A DNA stretch of 61,134 nucleotides, filler included, from Globobulimina sp. (taxonomy: Eukaryota): assembly GCA_003354225.1 (NCBI GenBank). It is 21 parts of 21 records of this genome, joined end to end, with 100 filler letters (N's around TTAATTAATTAA, not from the genome) between each part and the next. Parts side by side here need not be neighbours in the genome. Positions count along the whole stretch, not along the records: positions 35,008 to 37,822 come from PIVH01004766.1; positions 37,923 to 40,737 come from PIVH01004767.1; positions 40,838 to 43,652 come from PIVH01004768.1; positions 43,753 to 46,566 come from PIVH01004769.1; positions 46,667 to 49,480 come from PIVH01004770.1; 16 more parts are not named here. One strand, written 5' to 3'. Shown here piece after piece: positions 35,809 through 48,569 of the stretch. The notes beneath the pieces are model-generated. The model did no database searches and had not been told where the DNA came from. It saw only the letters and a program-made list of their open reading frames with translations. Position numbers and translations under genes: made by a program. How positions within the stretch are numbered: position 1 is the first letter of the stretch; the number at the start of each line of letters is the position of its first letter.

Positions 35809-37693
35809 TCAATATCCAACATGTTTGTCAATTTTCTGCCTCCACGAATTGATCGAAGGGGCGATGCCTTGCATTAACGGGTTGTACGAGTAAGAGCCGT
35901 CATTGTGGAGGTTATGCGGACTCGATTTCTAAAATTAAATAAAAAACAAACACACAGAAAATATTAAAATAATCTAATCAGCAAACATACGGATAGAAAC
36001 ACTCAACGTTGGAATCAAAATGCGGAGACATCAATCCATTGTTGACTTGATTTTGTGGGTTTTGCATTTGGTTTTGCATTACGTGCGCAAAGTGATGATG
36101 AGGATGAGTCTGCACCGGACCCTGAGCCTGCAACTGCACGTTATGGTGATGCGCCTGCACCTCGTTATGGTACGGCACAGAATGCGCCGAGTACGGACTC
36201 AGACTGCCCATTTCCGCCTGGCTCTGCACGTGAATCTGCTTCGAGTTGGCCCGGTTTGTAGTCAACGGCGGCCGATGGGGCCCGCTCGGATTGTGATTGT
36301 GCGCGAACTGCGGCTGTTGCACATGTTGGACATGCTGGGGCTGCACAGGCGAATACTGGCCATGTAGCGAGGCTGTATGGTGAGAGTGAGAGTGAGAGTG
36401 CGAGTGTGACGAGGACAGCGGCGAGAATTTCTGCGTGCGCCGCTGCGATTTCTTGTGATAATGCGTGCATTTGAAGCCCCAGCAACAGTTTTTGTTGTAC
36501 TTCTGAATGGGACAGGGTTTGCTGTGGAAGTTGAGCGGATGGTACCAGATCTCGAGGTAATTGTGGGCGTATTCGCACTGTTCGTTGGCCGGGCAGCCAT
36601 AGCAATTGTCGGTGAATTTGCGCGTCTTGTTATCGAAGATGCGCTGACATGGCTCGCCGATGTAATTGAAGGACAGTGGCGAGCGCCGCCGGTCAGACAG
36701 GTTATGGTAGGAATCGCAGTGAAGGTCTACGCATTTGCCGCCATTGGCCGCCGCGTTGTTGCTCTTCGTGCACCGGTTCACTTTGTAGCGATTGATGAGC
36801 TCCATGGCGGCCTTCTCGTTGTTGCTCTTTTGCTTCAGCGTTCGCTCCCTTTTCTTGCTCGCTTTTCGCTCCCTTCTCTCCCGCTTCTTGCTGGCTTTGT
36901 CTTTCTTCTTTATTTTGCGTGATTTGGACAGAGATTTGCTTTTAGATTTCTTGCTGTGTTTGGAGCCCGACGACTTGTGCGATTTGGGCGATTTGACAGA
37001 GGGGTGGCTGCTCTGCGAGACGTGCGAGGTGGTGGACGCTGCGCGTTGCCCGTAATTGTGATGGCTGTGGCTGTGGACAATGGGCGCAGGGCCGGCCATA
37101 TTTACATGGTTTAGGTTGTCTGGAGTGCTCACGGCGCGGTTCAAATGCGGCGAGGGCACGGCGGGAATGTAGTGTTCCGGACGCGATTGGTTGTTGTTGT
37201 TGAATCTCTGTAATATTACAGACACAGTATGCGATTTTGCGATAAATGCGAATATAAATAAATAAATAAATATATTTTTAACTGGATGCCATTTCTCCTC
37301 TATAGGCTCGCCGTGCGTGTACGGCGAAGAGCCGCCAGACGCAGATATGAAGCGAGTGGACGGCGAGTCGTCCATAAGGTGCGCCAAATTCAATGGAGGC
37401 CCGCTCCCACCGCTCACGCCATGGCCCGGCAACAGTGCGTGCGCGTTGTGCGAGTTATTGAGCACAGCGTCGGTGGCTTTGGGGAGCTCCATCTCCACTT
37501 CGTTGGCCACCTTGTTGTCGCGCGTGAACTCGCCGCCCAGCTTTAGGTTGGTCTCGGCCACGTTGACCGGCGGCACATGGATCACGTCGTTGTGTGGGAG
37601 CAGGTTGGTGGCCAAACCGCCGTCGATCACCATATCGACCACAGCGTCCACGTTGTCTGACAACAGCTTGTTGTTATTGTGCCCGTTGGCCAT
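35809..37693 (-). CDS. Unkempt-like tandem CCCH zinc-finger RNA-binding protein (introns about 35929-36007 and 37208-37282)
   Basis: YKVNRC..CDSYHNLSDRRRSP, CPANEQCEYAHNYLEIWYHPLNFHSKPC, CCWGFKCTHYH. Confidence 0.85.
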
Positions 37694-37922
37694 GAGGCTG
37701 GAGCCAGTGGCGGAGTCTCGGAGATTTTTGTGTTTTCTGTGCTCTTCGTCTCTATATTGTCAGTGTCAGGTCATTGCAATGTATGTATTGTGCGTATTGT
37801 GCAAGGATATGGGGGGTAAACTNNNNNNNNNNNNNNNNNNNNNNNNNNNNNNNNNNNNNNNNNNNNTTAATTAATTAANNNNNNNNNNNNNNNNNNNNNN
37901 NNNNNNNNNNNNNNNNNNNNNN

Positions 37923-38822
37923 ATAATACCTACAACAAACATCCAAATTCAACGTTGAAAAACCATCGCTTTCTACGCATTTCGCCGAACTGAAATCGCA
38001 TATTTTCACACAATTTGTACGCGGATTTATTAATATATTCTCAGGCTTTAAATTTCTATGAATAACGTTTTTTATGTAATTTATATAATTAATACCGCAT
38101 AATATTTGATATGAATATATTTGGATTAATTCGAATGGAATGCACTGTCCATATGACGCATATTTAGTCATTTCGTTTTTCAATGTGCTGGGTATAAATT
38201 CCATTGCTAAGTGCAGGTATAAAGTGTTATAATGGATTTCATAGAAAGAGTCCACTAATTTCACGACATTTTTGTGTGCATTGCATAATTTTAATATTTT
38301 GAGTTCATTTTGTGCCGATTTTTTGGCTGTTTTGCAGGTCCAATCGCCCATATTAACTTTCTTAATGGCTACCTTTGTTTGTTTTGTATCGTTTTCATCT
38401 AAGTTTGTGATAAATATTTGAGCAAATTGTCCAGATGTATTAACCACAGATTTTTTGAAATATTTATTTACTTTTATTTCATTTTGAAGTGAGCTGTCTG
38501 AAAAGAATGTAGCTGGCGATGTATATCTTGGTGACAGTGCCATTTCTGATATGGGCATCGATGTTGGATTGGCCAATGTTTGTTGGTTTTGACGGATAAA
38601 GCAAGAATTTCCATATTGGTCTAAATTTGAAACAATAAAATCAGTATCATTGCAATTGGAACTTGGAGTGATTAATTGTGCATTGGCTCGAGAACGAGAG
38701 AAAGTGTCTTCGTAATCGAAGCTATTGCCAATTGTGCCATTTTTGGTTGGAATAGATCTCGTAACGCTGTCATGCTTGCCAATGGACGTCTTTTTTGATT
38801 CATCGCTAGCACAATCACCCAT
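37923..38822 (-). CDS. GSK3/CMGC-like protein kinase, probable pseudokinase (3'-truncated)
   Basis: VAIKK, YLHLAMEFIPSTL, YSYQILCG, HRNLKPENIL, VKICDFSSAK, VCCRYY. Confidence 0.85.
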
Positions 38823-39169
38823 TGTCGGTTTGAGGTTGGTTTTTAAAAGTTTGCAGCTGATTTCTAGAGCTTGTTATCTACCTGATTTCGCAGAACAAAA
38901 TTAAAAAACAGCGTCATTGCTCGGTAAAAAGGCATAAATTCAAAGGAAAACTAACAAGGAAACCAAAATATAGACACTGTGAGAAATAGGGAGAAAGTAT
39001 AAAGATATACAAAAATGAATAAAGAAATAGAGAAAGTAAAGAATGGATAAACTAGAAAAATAAGACAAACAATCAAAAATCACACATATGAGAACAAACA
39101 AAAGTAAAATGGAGCAATGAAATAATGAAAGTAAGTGGAAAAAAGAAAATATATATAAAATATAATATG

Positions 39170-40684
39170 TTAAATTAAACAATTTCCAGAGAACATAAAT
39201 AATTGCTCAGATGGGACAGTACATGTTATTGCAATAAAATCATTGGGAGAAAGTCTTAAAAATTTTGAATATGGACAATAACGACTTCTTTGGTTTGATT
39301 TGATACAAACCACTCTTTGACTGACTTGAATATGATAGGTTTTATCAAGACAGATTTTATATTTATTGATATGTTTATCGATAATTTGTTTCAATGAATC
39401 TTGTTTCTTTACATACAAAACCAATGGAAAGCCAATGAATAAATTATTGATGTTACGACTCGAAGAAGAAATCATCCCTTTTAAAGCAAATCGAATCATT
39501 AATTTTACCTCAGATTTTGTACATATATGTTTGCTATCATTTGCTTTAATAAATACTGTCAATTGCTTTGCTTTTCTATTGGTAGTATTGTTGGACTTGG
39601 TCATATATTCATCATTCATGCCATAACAATCAAATCGTTTATCACCATTTCGCGCACAAAATATATAAGAAAGTGATGTTGCATTCATATCATTGTTTTT
39701 ATTTTCCTGTTCCAACGCAATACAAATTGACAAATGTGTATCATACATATCCAATTCAAAATATTTCTGACAAAATGGACATAATTCTAATAATTCAACA
39801 TCATTCTCTTCCTTTTCTTCTTCCTTTTTATTATTTGTATTATGTTTGTTGCTATTTTCATCATTGTTTGTTGGATTTGCTTTATTTATTATTTGTAATA
39901 TTTGCGCAAAGCGTTGACTCCAAAATGGTTTGGATATTGTTTCAAATAAATATTGAATAAATTCATTCACATTAAATCTTTTCTTATATTTGAGCGTAAT
40001 CGCATTCATATTTGTTTTATGTAATAATGACTTTTTCCAAAATGGATTTGGACATTGCGATGGAGCATAAATTTCAACGTTAAACAATGAATATTCTCCA
40101 AAATTAAGTGCTTTATTGGTGAGATAAGGTACGAGCTCAAACTCAAAATGTCTGGTATATCTACCAATTTTTGCATTCCATAACATACAAATTTTACTGT
40201 TATGAGGATCATTATAATGGCGTTGGTGATAAGAGACCTGCGGAAGATGCATATGAAAAATCTCAATATTTTGGGGCAGAACCATATTATTTAATGATCT
40301 TGCAATTTTTTTGCGAATTAAACCAAAATTAGTGGATGGACCACAGGAATATGAAAAGTTAAATGCATTTCCAATGTTCCTAAACTTAACATTTTTAAAC
40401 AAAAATGAATTATACGACGTATTATATCTATATTTGACGGTAATATTTACGCTTTGCTTATAATCATATAAAAATTCGTTAATTTTAGTGTACCATTTTT
40501 CTAATTTATCATCATATTTTTGTTTGATTTTTGAAAATCCCGCAATTACATCAAAATCACTGTGGTTTGGATTCAATTGAAAGATTAAAGTCGATGTTGT
40601 AATAAGTTTGATAATGTTTTCTGATAACAATAATATTGCATTTCTTGCATTTGTTTGTTGATAAATACACATTTTTTCATTCAT
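39170..40684 (-). CDS. Hypothetical protein with a UBZ-like zinc finger
   Basis: 504-aa ORF; CPFCQKYFELDMYDTHLSIC; IGFPLVL resembles a USP insert. Confidence 0.55.
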   Translation of the reverse strand: MNEKMCIYQQTNARNAILLLSENIIKLITTSTLIFQLNPNHSDFDVIAGFSKIKQKYDDKLEKWYTKINEFLYDYKQSVNITVKYRYNTSYNSFLFKNVKFRNIGNAFNFSYSCGPSTNFGLIRKKIARSLNNMVLPQNIEIFHMHLPQVSYHQRHYNDPHNSKICMLWNAKIGRYTRHFEFELVPYLTNKALNFGEYSLFNVEIYAPSQCPNPFWKKSLLHKTNMNAITLKYKKRFNVNEFIQYLFETISKPFWSQRFAQILQIINKANPTNNDENSNKHNTNNKKEEEKEENDVELLELCPFCQKYFELDMYDTHLSICIALEQENKNNDMNATSLSYIFCARNGDKRFDCYGMNDEYMTKSNNTTNRKAKQLTVFIKANDSKHICTKSEVKLMIRFALKGMISSSSRNINNLFIGFPLVLYVKKQDSLKQIIDKHINKYKICLDKTYHIQVSQRVVCIKSNQRSRYCPYSKFLRLSPNDFIAITCTVPSEQLFMFSGNCLI

Positions 40685-40837
40685 TGCTATATTATTATTA
40701 CTATTATTATATAACGATAAAAAATTTAAATACGTTTNNNNNNNNNNNNNNNNNNNNNNNNNNNNNNNNNNNNNNNNNNNNTTAATTAATTAANNNNNNN
40801 NNNNNNNNNNNNNNNNNNNNNNNNNNNNNNNNNNNNN

Positions 40838-43652
40838 CGAATGGTTAACATTATTCGCCGTGATCTCTGTTTAAAATTCGAGTCAAATCGTCGCCATTCT
40901 TCAGGCTGCGGCTCAATCATTGTGCTGCTCACATATTCGCCTTCCAATTCGCATTCCTCTTCGTCTGTGATCGCTAATTTTAAATCGGATATATTTATTT
41001 TATCATTTTCAGGTTCTTTGGACTGCAAAAACTGCATTTTTTTGAGTAATGTTTCTTTGAATGTTCTTTTTAATTTAAATTTTGATGTTTGATTTTCATC
41101 ACTAATCTCAACCGAATATTGCTGCGAAATGGAAGTGGAGGCCACCGATGGTTCGATGGAGGGAGATTTGGAAGCAATATCTAATGACTTCGAAGGTGTT
41201 TGTGTTACCATAAAATGTTGCAATTCCACGTCTGCCTCACGCGACAAATCCGAACATAAAATATGCGAACCATAGAAATTTGTCATTTGTGTGTTGACAA
41301 AAGTATTATGATTAATATCCGCCATTTTCCATTGAATATTATTTGTTTGATACTCCACAATTTTCAGTGGCATTTTTTTATTCGAATAACAGTGTCGGAC
41401 ATATTCATTCGATTCGCTTTCTAGCTCGTTTTGTATGCTCTGTCTCTGCTGTTTCGTAATGCGAATATTATTAAATTGTTCCTGTTCCATTTCTTCCTCA
41501 GTCGCATGCGATGCTAACAACACAAAGTAAATCACATTCATAAATGTTTGAAATTGATACGGGTCCAAAGTACACACAAAATTGGGTAAATATAGTTTTG
41601 TATTTGAGGTCGGTTCGCCACAATAATTGTCAATAAATGCTATGTGTTCCCTGCCGATCCAATCAGTGTACGGTGTCGGCACATTATATAATTGATCGCT
41701 CACTGCGTCTCCGTGCTTAATTAATGAGGACCCGCTGCTATGACCGCGACTGTTGGCGTTGGTGTTGGGAACAAAAGATTGCGTCTCGTAATCTGAAGAT
41801 ATTATATTATTTTCAGCAAACGAGGTCCAATGAAATGGTAATATTCCATCACAATATTGGCCATGTTTTGGGAGTTGCAAATCATAGGAATACGCAAACT
41901 GCAATTTACAATTTGCAACCACAGCTTTTAGTGTTTCATTCTTTATTTCTTTCGCATTCTCATCATCCACAAATTGGTTCGAATGGATCCATTTTTCGAT
42001 ATGGTCGATTTTCGAAGGAGCCACAAACATTTTCGCATCAATCAACGAGCCACAAATTCGAATCTTAAAATAGGGCATCTTATCCGCATAATATTGTATA
42101 TTGCTTAGCCGATATATTAGCTCTGGCGGCGGCAGATATTCCTTCATATTTTGCACATTTTTATTTGGTAATAATTCCAAATGAAAGCCGAATCCCTGAA
42201 CAAAGGCATGATGCGCTCCTAACAATATTGCGTCGCTGTTCTGTGCTTCAAATTTGATCTGAGATCGTTGCAAATGAACTAACCATAATCTCTTTTTGTA
42301 ATCTTCCAACTCTTCCGGTTGACGGCCATCTTTCTGCTCTCTCTCAGTTCCTTCCTCATTCTCATCCACATCCGACACAATGCGCGGTTTCTTGGTATCC
42401 GACACCGAATTTAATAGCTGCGATAACGAAGAGGTAAAGTCAATATTTGCTGCTTTGTGAGTACCAGTATCAGTGTCGTGATCACTTATTTTTATCTCTG
42501 CTGCGGATGGCAACGATTCTGCATCGGCATCAACATCATTTATCTCATCTTTTTTGGTGAATAACAAGGGCCACCAATCGAGTGTCGCTTGCTTGATTTG
42601 CTCATTCCATAATAATTTCAAGTCGTCCACGACCCACGAATCGTAAATCTCGCTGCAATTTCCTGGCTCTTCCCAGGCGTACGGATTATTATTGCCATTC
42701 TCAAAGATATTGGGACTGACAGTGGGCAGTGGCACCAATTCCGAGGACATATCTAAATGAAACGAGTTACGACGAACCTTATTTGCACTCAGTTCCTCTT
42801 TTGTGAACTTAATAGGACTGACACTGGCATCCGGAGAGGAATTATCTGTCCATATCTGCGTATTATGCGATTCTGACAACGTTCGGATTAATTCTTGTTG
42901 TACATTGTCGTTATAATTGTATGAATCTGGAGATATTAAGTCTGTTGGAATAGAGATTGATTTCGAGGATGGAATACTGTCCAAATCATCATAAGTATGG
43001 TCAATACTCGCTCTTCGACCGGCACCTTTCAACAATTCTGTGCTTAGTAATAAATTGACGGACGAAGTGCGCTCGTTTAATAATGAAGGTTGTTCTGGTT
43101 CGGATTGTTCAGAGGGTAAAGGCGGCGATGCCGGCAATGAATTTTCAGTCACCATATTCGTGAGTGGTGGGGGCCTATTTTTTGTATATTTTGGTGCTTC
43201 GCGAGGCATATTTACCTGGATGGGATTGACAAATGTTTGCATTTGAAATATAAATATAAAATAATTATAATGCACATATATATTTACCTGCGTCGGTATT
43301 TTGAGAGGATGTGGAAAGGCAAACGATCGTTCTCTACTTTTCTGTTTTTTGAATACAGCTTCCTCGGCTTTATGATATCCCATATCTGAGAATACCAAAT
43401 GAGCGGATCTCGCAAAGCGCGCAATTTCAAAGTTAGAGTAACAATTTTCAGCTTTAAATGGCGAGACATGATAAAATATTTTATGTGGCTTACAATCGTC
43501 GGCTTTTTGCGCTTTGTCGAACTGTTTAATGCGCGGCACAATGACCTCCAACTTTGGTTTACTGAATTTCAGATATTTGCCTTTCATTAACCAAATATCT
43601 TCGACGTCGGTGTTTGGCGATGAACGTATAAATGTGGTACGAAATAATAACT
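40838..43652 (-). CDS. Bridge-like lipid transfer protein fragment (BLTP2/FMP27/Hobbit-like)
   Basis: Over 900-aa internal fragment; WLVHLQRSQIKF and TLDPYQFQTFMNVIYFVLL resemble FMP27/Apt1 regions. Confidence 0.6.
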
Positions 43653-43752
43653 NNNNNNNNNNNNNNNNNNNNNNNNNNNNNNNNNNNNNNNNNNNNTTAA
43701 TTAATTAANNNNNNNNNNNNNNNNNNNNNNNNNNNNNNNNNNNNNNNNNNNN

Positions 43753-44093
43753 TCAATAATAATAATAATGCTCAAAATAATAGTAATATTCTGCCACATA
43801 TGCAACAAAATAATAATAGCAATTATAATAATAATAATAACAAAGATCCACCGCATTATGGACAACAAAATAGAGATCCACCACATTACGGAAGGAAACA
43901 AAATGAAAATAATAATAATCAAAATAGTAATGAGAGTAAAATATATAATGCGGCGCCACAAAATCCAATGCATGGTAATAATGGAAGGGCAAATAACTAT
44001 AATTATAATCCAGAAATGAATAAAACTGACTTGGAACAAAAACAATCAGAAATCACAGAATTTCCCAACGACGATAATGACGGTTGGAATTAA
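43753..44093 (+). CDS. Asn-rich C-terminal gene fragment
   Basis: Low-complexity ORF with a DPPHYG repeat ending at TAA. Confidence 0.4.
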
Positions 44094-44267
44094 ATTATTT
44101 CATGTGATCCTTTCACTGATTTTAAACCTGTTCGATTACATCTTTGTTTCCCATTAATCCCATACTAGTATTTGTTCATTCCCTGTATTCTTGTGGGTTT
44201 TCAGTACTTTGCACAACTACACTCTATGTGAGTTTTTTCTGTACCATCGACTACTGGAGCTCCTACA

Positions 44268-45386
44268 ATGAACGCACTAAAACAATTGAATAACATGTGC
44301 TGCATTAAAACAGCACCTAGGAAATTTCCGAAAAAATCCATGTTATTTGCCTCATCGAAATTGCACTGCACCACAATGCAACCCGCTCAAATGAACAAAG
44401 ATAAATTTGTGAATGAATTTGATATTTCCATCTTAGATAATGACTGGTTACCACCCGGTCCACAGCGTGACTTATTATATTCATTTCATCGCTTGATTTC
44501 CGCCACCAATTATCGTTTGGAAAGATCAAAAGTAATGAATGACAGCGCTTTATCCCGCTGGGATTTTAAATTAAAAAATATAGAATTCAGTCACGAGACT
44601 GGATATTACCGATATGACAAAGACATGAAATCATTGCAGCGTCAAATTCATAAGTTTTCAAAACAAAGCCATGCCATGATCGATAAGTTTGAAACAATGG
44701 AATCGAATGTAATCCCAAAGGAGTTTATCCAATGGATTGTCGAATGGCCGTCTCCCTTCACTCAGACCATGATCTCCAATAATTGGCCAAATCTATTACA
44801 ATCACCAAGCAATGAGGTTGGATGTTGTTGGTGGCACTGTCAAATCCGAAAAGTACCATTTTATAAACAAAACAACAATGAAATGTATTATAAATTGGGT
44901 ATCTTTGTGGGACCCAAACAAGTGACACAGCTCAATGAAGTTATCTCATTGACTGCAAAATTGAAAGTTATCGTTGCCATAAAATACAAAGAAATGGCAA
45001 ATAATGATAAACATCAGACGTATTCACCCAATCAAACGGTTTATAATCGGGACAATGAAGGAAATATCATAGAGACAATTAAATTGGAAGCAGCTGATGT
45101 TGTGTCTGACGGTGATATACGAGTACTACAACAGGAATCATTGGAGGTGAAAACGGATGAGATTGCATTTGATGTGGACACTAATTTTATCAAAATACAA
45201 GAGGGCAATGTTCGGTTAATGTCATGGGGTAAATTCATTGTGGAGTTACAGGATATAATTGATGCTAAAACTGGTAATATTCCGCATGAGAATGTGCACA
45301 TCGATATAAAGTGCCAGGTTATTGACCAATGTGTAACGTATAGACATCCACGGTCGACGTCAAACACTCGCCAAACCCAAAACTAA
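44268..45386 (+). CDS. Hypothetical protein
   Basis: 372-aa ATG ORF with globular composition. Confidence 0.6.
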   Translation: MNALKQLNNMCCIKTAPRKFPKKSMLFASSKLHCTTMQPAQMNKDKFVNEFDISILDNDWLPPGPQRDLLYSFHRLISATNYRLERSKVMNDSALSRWDFKLKNIEFSHETGYYRYDKDMKSLQRQIHKFSKQSHAMIDKFETMESNVIPKEFIQWIVEWPSPFTQTMISNNWPNLLQSPSNEVGCCWWHCQIRKVPFYKQNNNEMYYKLGIFVGPKQVTQLNEVISLTAKLKVIVAIKYKEMANNDKHQTYSPNQTVYNRDNEGNIIETIKLEAADVVSDGDIRVLQQESLEVKTDEIAFDVDTNFIKIQEGNVRLMSWGKFIVELQDIIDAKTGNIPHENVHIDIKCQVIDQCVTYRHPRSTSNTRQTQN

Positions 45387-45427
45387 TGAATAAAGTTTTT
45401 AAGTGAAACAAGGTGTGGTTTTCAGTA

Positions 45428-46477
45428 ATGTCCGCAGAGTTGAATACGAAACAAATAAATAAACTAACCGCACCACCATCTATTCGACCACCGCCAGTGC
45501 CGCCGAAACTGTTATCTCCATCGTTAACCAATGTCAACAGTCATCCATTAAAAAAAAATACAACCATGAAACCACATCATTCTACATCACCATTGCACAA
45601 AATATCGCATCCCTTACAACCAAACAACAACAACAACAAATCTCATACCTTCGGTACCTTATTATTAGGTCCATTGGAGGCCAAACAAAACGATTCATCG
45701 CCACACTTCCAAGCAGCGAATAACAAAATTATGCACAAACCTACACTAAGCATGCAACAACGACAGATTTTATCCAATATTGTCATCACCATACTATCCT
45801 CCAATAAAGCTAAAAAAAGGGGGATTGACGACCTCTTGACCAGTTCGCGTAGAACCTCGTTAGATGCAGCTATATACTCATCAGACACACCGGATCATGG
45901 CAGCACGGATAAATTTGACAAGATGGAGCATGACGAACTACGCGAATCTGATCATAGCGAGCATAATGAATGCAGCAAATCGGGGGAACAAAGCAGTACC
46001 AGTCCCGAACCAGATTTTGTACGCAGCAAAGACGAGATTGATGTCAGTAACATTGAGAAAGCAGATAACAAATCGTCAATCCACAAAGCTAAAGTAGTTA
46101 GTTCCGAGAAGGAGAAGATAATTTTGATGAATTCCATTTTGAAGTATATAGCCTCAGAGAGCGAAATGGATACTATTCACAGGGCCTGTTTTAATTTATG
46201 GAAGGATTGGTATCGATGTTATGGCACTATTTACACCCAGATCCACACTGCGTTTATGGCTGTTTGCGAGAAGTTATTAGGCAATGTTGACTCGCGCGCA
46301 TTAAGCAGACAATCACCAGTTGCTATGGCTACTGCTCATCACAATGACATACAGCAAATTACCTACCATTTATCTACGCAGATATTGACGTTAAAAAATG
46401 CCTTTGCCCACGAACAGCTGCATAGCTCCACAAAGAAAAATGGTGCCAAGGACGCACAAAATGTTTCCCAAGTTTAG
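45428..46477 (+). CDS. Hypothetical protein (probably continues via an intron)
   Basis: About 350-aa ORF ending at a GTTTAG donor-like site. Confidence 0.5.
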   Translation: MSAELNTKQINKLTAPPSIRPPPVPPKLLSPSLTNVNSHPLKKNTTMKPHHSTSPLHKISHPLQPNNNNNKSHTFGTLLLGPLEAKQNDSSPHFQAANNKIMHKPTLSMQQRQILSNIVITILSSNKAKKRGIDDLLTSSRRTSLDAAIYSSDTPDHGSTDKFDKMEHDELRESDHSEHNECSKSGEQSSTSPEPDFVRSKDEIDVSNIEKADNKSSIHKAKVVSSEKEKIILMNSILKYIASESEMDTIHRACFNLWKDWYRCYGTIYTQIHTAFMAVCEKLLGNVDSRALSRQSPVAMATAHHNDIQQITYHLSTQILTLKNAFAHEQLHSSTKKNGAKDAQNVSQV

Positions 46478-46982
46478 CATTTGTTTTTTATTTTATGTTT
46501 CTGTGGCCTCTGTGGACACTGTTTATAGATTATTGATGGCATGGAGCCGAATGTGTGGTTGGTGGTNNNNNNNNNNNNNNNNNNNNNNNNNNNNNNNNNN
46601 NNNNNNNNNNTTAATTAATTAANNNNNNNNNNNNNNNNNNNNNNNNNNNNNNNNNNNNNNNNNNNNTTTGTGTTTTGTTATATTTTATGTCCCATGAAAC
46701 AAATCAATACCTCTGAAATTATAAATATGTACATGATCATATTTATAATTTCAAAAATATCACGGGAATATTATTTTTTATTGTCATGCTCCGATGGATT
46801 CACTGTAGGGTCTTTTTTTGGGTAAAATATTGTAACCATATTCAGTCGGGGCGCCAAGTCGATATTACTGAATATGGTTAAAATACTATCATATTAATGC
46901 GATATTATTATTTTCATATATGTGCGGTTTAACAGTTTTTAAATTTAAGTTAATTAAACATTAAGTAAAGTATACTTCAAAT

Positions 46983-47780
46983 CTAATCATCATCCAATGC
47001 TTCAAATGCTTTCATATAAAGAGCTAACGCATCAGGATCTTTCTGCAATTCTTCATAAGCGCCCATCCAATCCATTTCGCTAAATTTTACTGTGACTGAT
47101 TCAAATTTTGGATTTTTGGCTATTTCAGTCATGACATCATTATATTTTTTAAATTTGTTATCTTTCATCAATTGCATATAATCATTGTAGTCCGGTTTGT
47201 CTCCGGACAGTGCTTTGCGTTGAAAATTTTTGACTGCCGGAATCTCATTCAATTTCATCAGCTTTGCCTGGAACTCCTCGCCTCCGATTGTACACATTTG
47301 CGCCGTTAAATCTTTTTGCAAGTTCATGAAATCCGCATTATCAAAAGGCATATCCAGTGGCTGTGGCATTGCAGGCGTTGCTGCTATAACATTGTCATTA
47401 TTATTATTATTATTATCAATATTATTAATATCTAGTTTTAATGCTAGTTTTGACCCATTTATAACTTCTTCAATGGCTTTGCGTCGGAAATCAATGGGCG
47501 AGGTCAAATCCAATGCATCAGCTAAATATTGTAATGCCTCATAATGTCGGTTTTGTGCAATTTCAATGCAAGCGGCGGCACACAACGGCTCACTCGAACG
47601 TGGATTTAATTTAATTGCTTTATTTATATCATTCATAGCCTGATCATAATCTTTAATGTAAAAATAAGCCCATCCTCTTTTTGAATATGCTTCCGATGTT
47701 TCTTCTGTTTTAATTGCTTCATCGTAATCATTGATGGAAAGCAACGGTGATTCATTTAAATTTTTATTCCCTTCTTTCAA
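46983..47780 (-). CDS. TPR-repeat protein with STI1-like C-terminal helices (5' exon uncertain)
   Basis: AYSKRGWAYFYIKDYDQAMNDINKAIKLNP TPR consensus. Confidence 0.8.
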   Translation of the reverse strand: MKEGNKNLNESPLLSINDYDEAIKTEETSEAYSKRGWAYFYIKDYDQAMNDINKAIKLNPRSSEPLCAAACIEIAQNRHYEALQYLADALDLTSPIDFRRKAIEEVINGSKLALKLDINNIDNNNNNNDNVIAATPAMPQPLDMPFDNADFMNLQKDLTAQMCTIGGEEFQAKLMKLNEIPAVKNFQRKALSGDKPDYNDYMQLMKDNKFKKYNDVMTEIAKNPKFESVTVKFSEMDWMGAYEELQKDPDALALYMKAFEALDDD

Positions 47781-48338
47781 TAAAAATGTGTGTAAATGAC
47801 TGTCTTTTGACGATTTGTACTTTTGTTCTGATGGTTTGTTCTGTTAACAATTATTAAGTCAATTAATCAGATAAAGACAATAACTTTCTTAACTTTTCCA
47901 AAAAAAGTATGATGTGATATTGTTGCTAATAAATTTCTGGAAAATAAATATTGAATTTTTCTCACAACAAACAACATTGTACTGGCTTGTGTATATTAGA
48001 AAACTTTTTTTTGTTTAATACTTTCTTCTTCAAAACTTTAAGAATTAATTCATTTCAAAATTACCTCTTGCATAAAATTATTATACTCATAAACACCCAT
48101 AAAAAGAATGGGAAATTCCAAACATATACAAATGAATCCCTTTTTTTTTATTGAATTTGCAAAAAATGTAAATATCTTGATTTTAGAAAAAGCTTCAAAA
48201 CTTGAAAAAAAAATGTTGATTTCTGCTGATAAATGTTGTCATTAGAAAGGAAAAAACTAGACTTGAAACTAAAAACTATGCGCAAGAGAGCCCTGGCTAT
48301 CAACAACAACAATTATTTAAAATTTAAAACATAAAAAA

Positions 48339-48537
48339 TCAATATTGCTGCTGATTAAATCCAGTCATTGATTCTTGTTCTTGTTGTTGTGGTTGTGGTT
48401 GTTGTTGTTGTTGTTGCTGTTGTTGTGGTGCTACTTGTTGTTGTTGTTGTGGCGGTTGTTGTTGTTGTTGTGGTGGTGGTGGTGGTGATTGTTGTTGTTG
48501 TTGTTCAGCCGCCGCGGCTACAGCCAGTTGTTGTTGT

Positions 48538-48569
<32 letters not shown>

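Noticed and set aside
36020-37874. Multiple plus-strand ORFs over the CCCH gene
   Set aside because: Antisense shadows in GC-richer coding DNA
38940-39182. Hydrophobic 80-aa ORF
   Set aside because: Product of a purine-skewed intergenic tract with no family motifs
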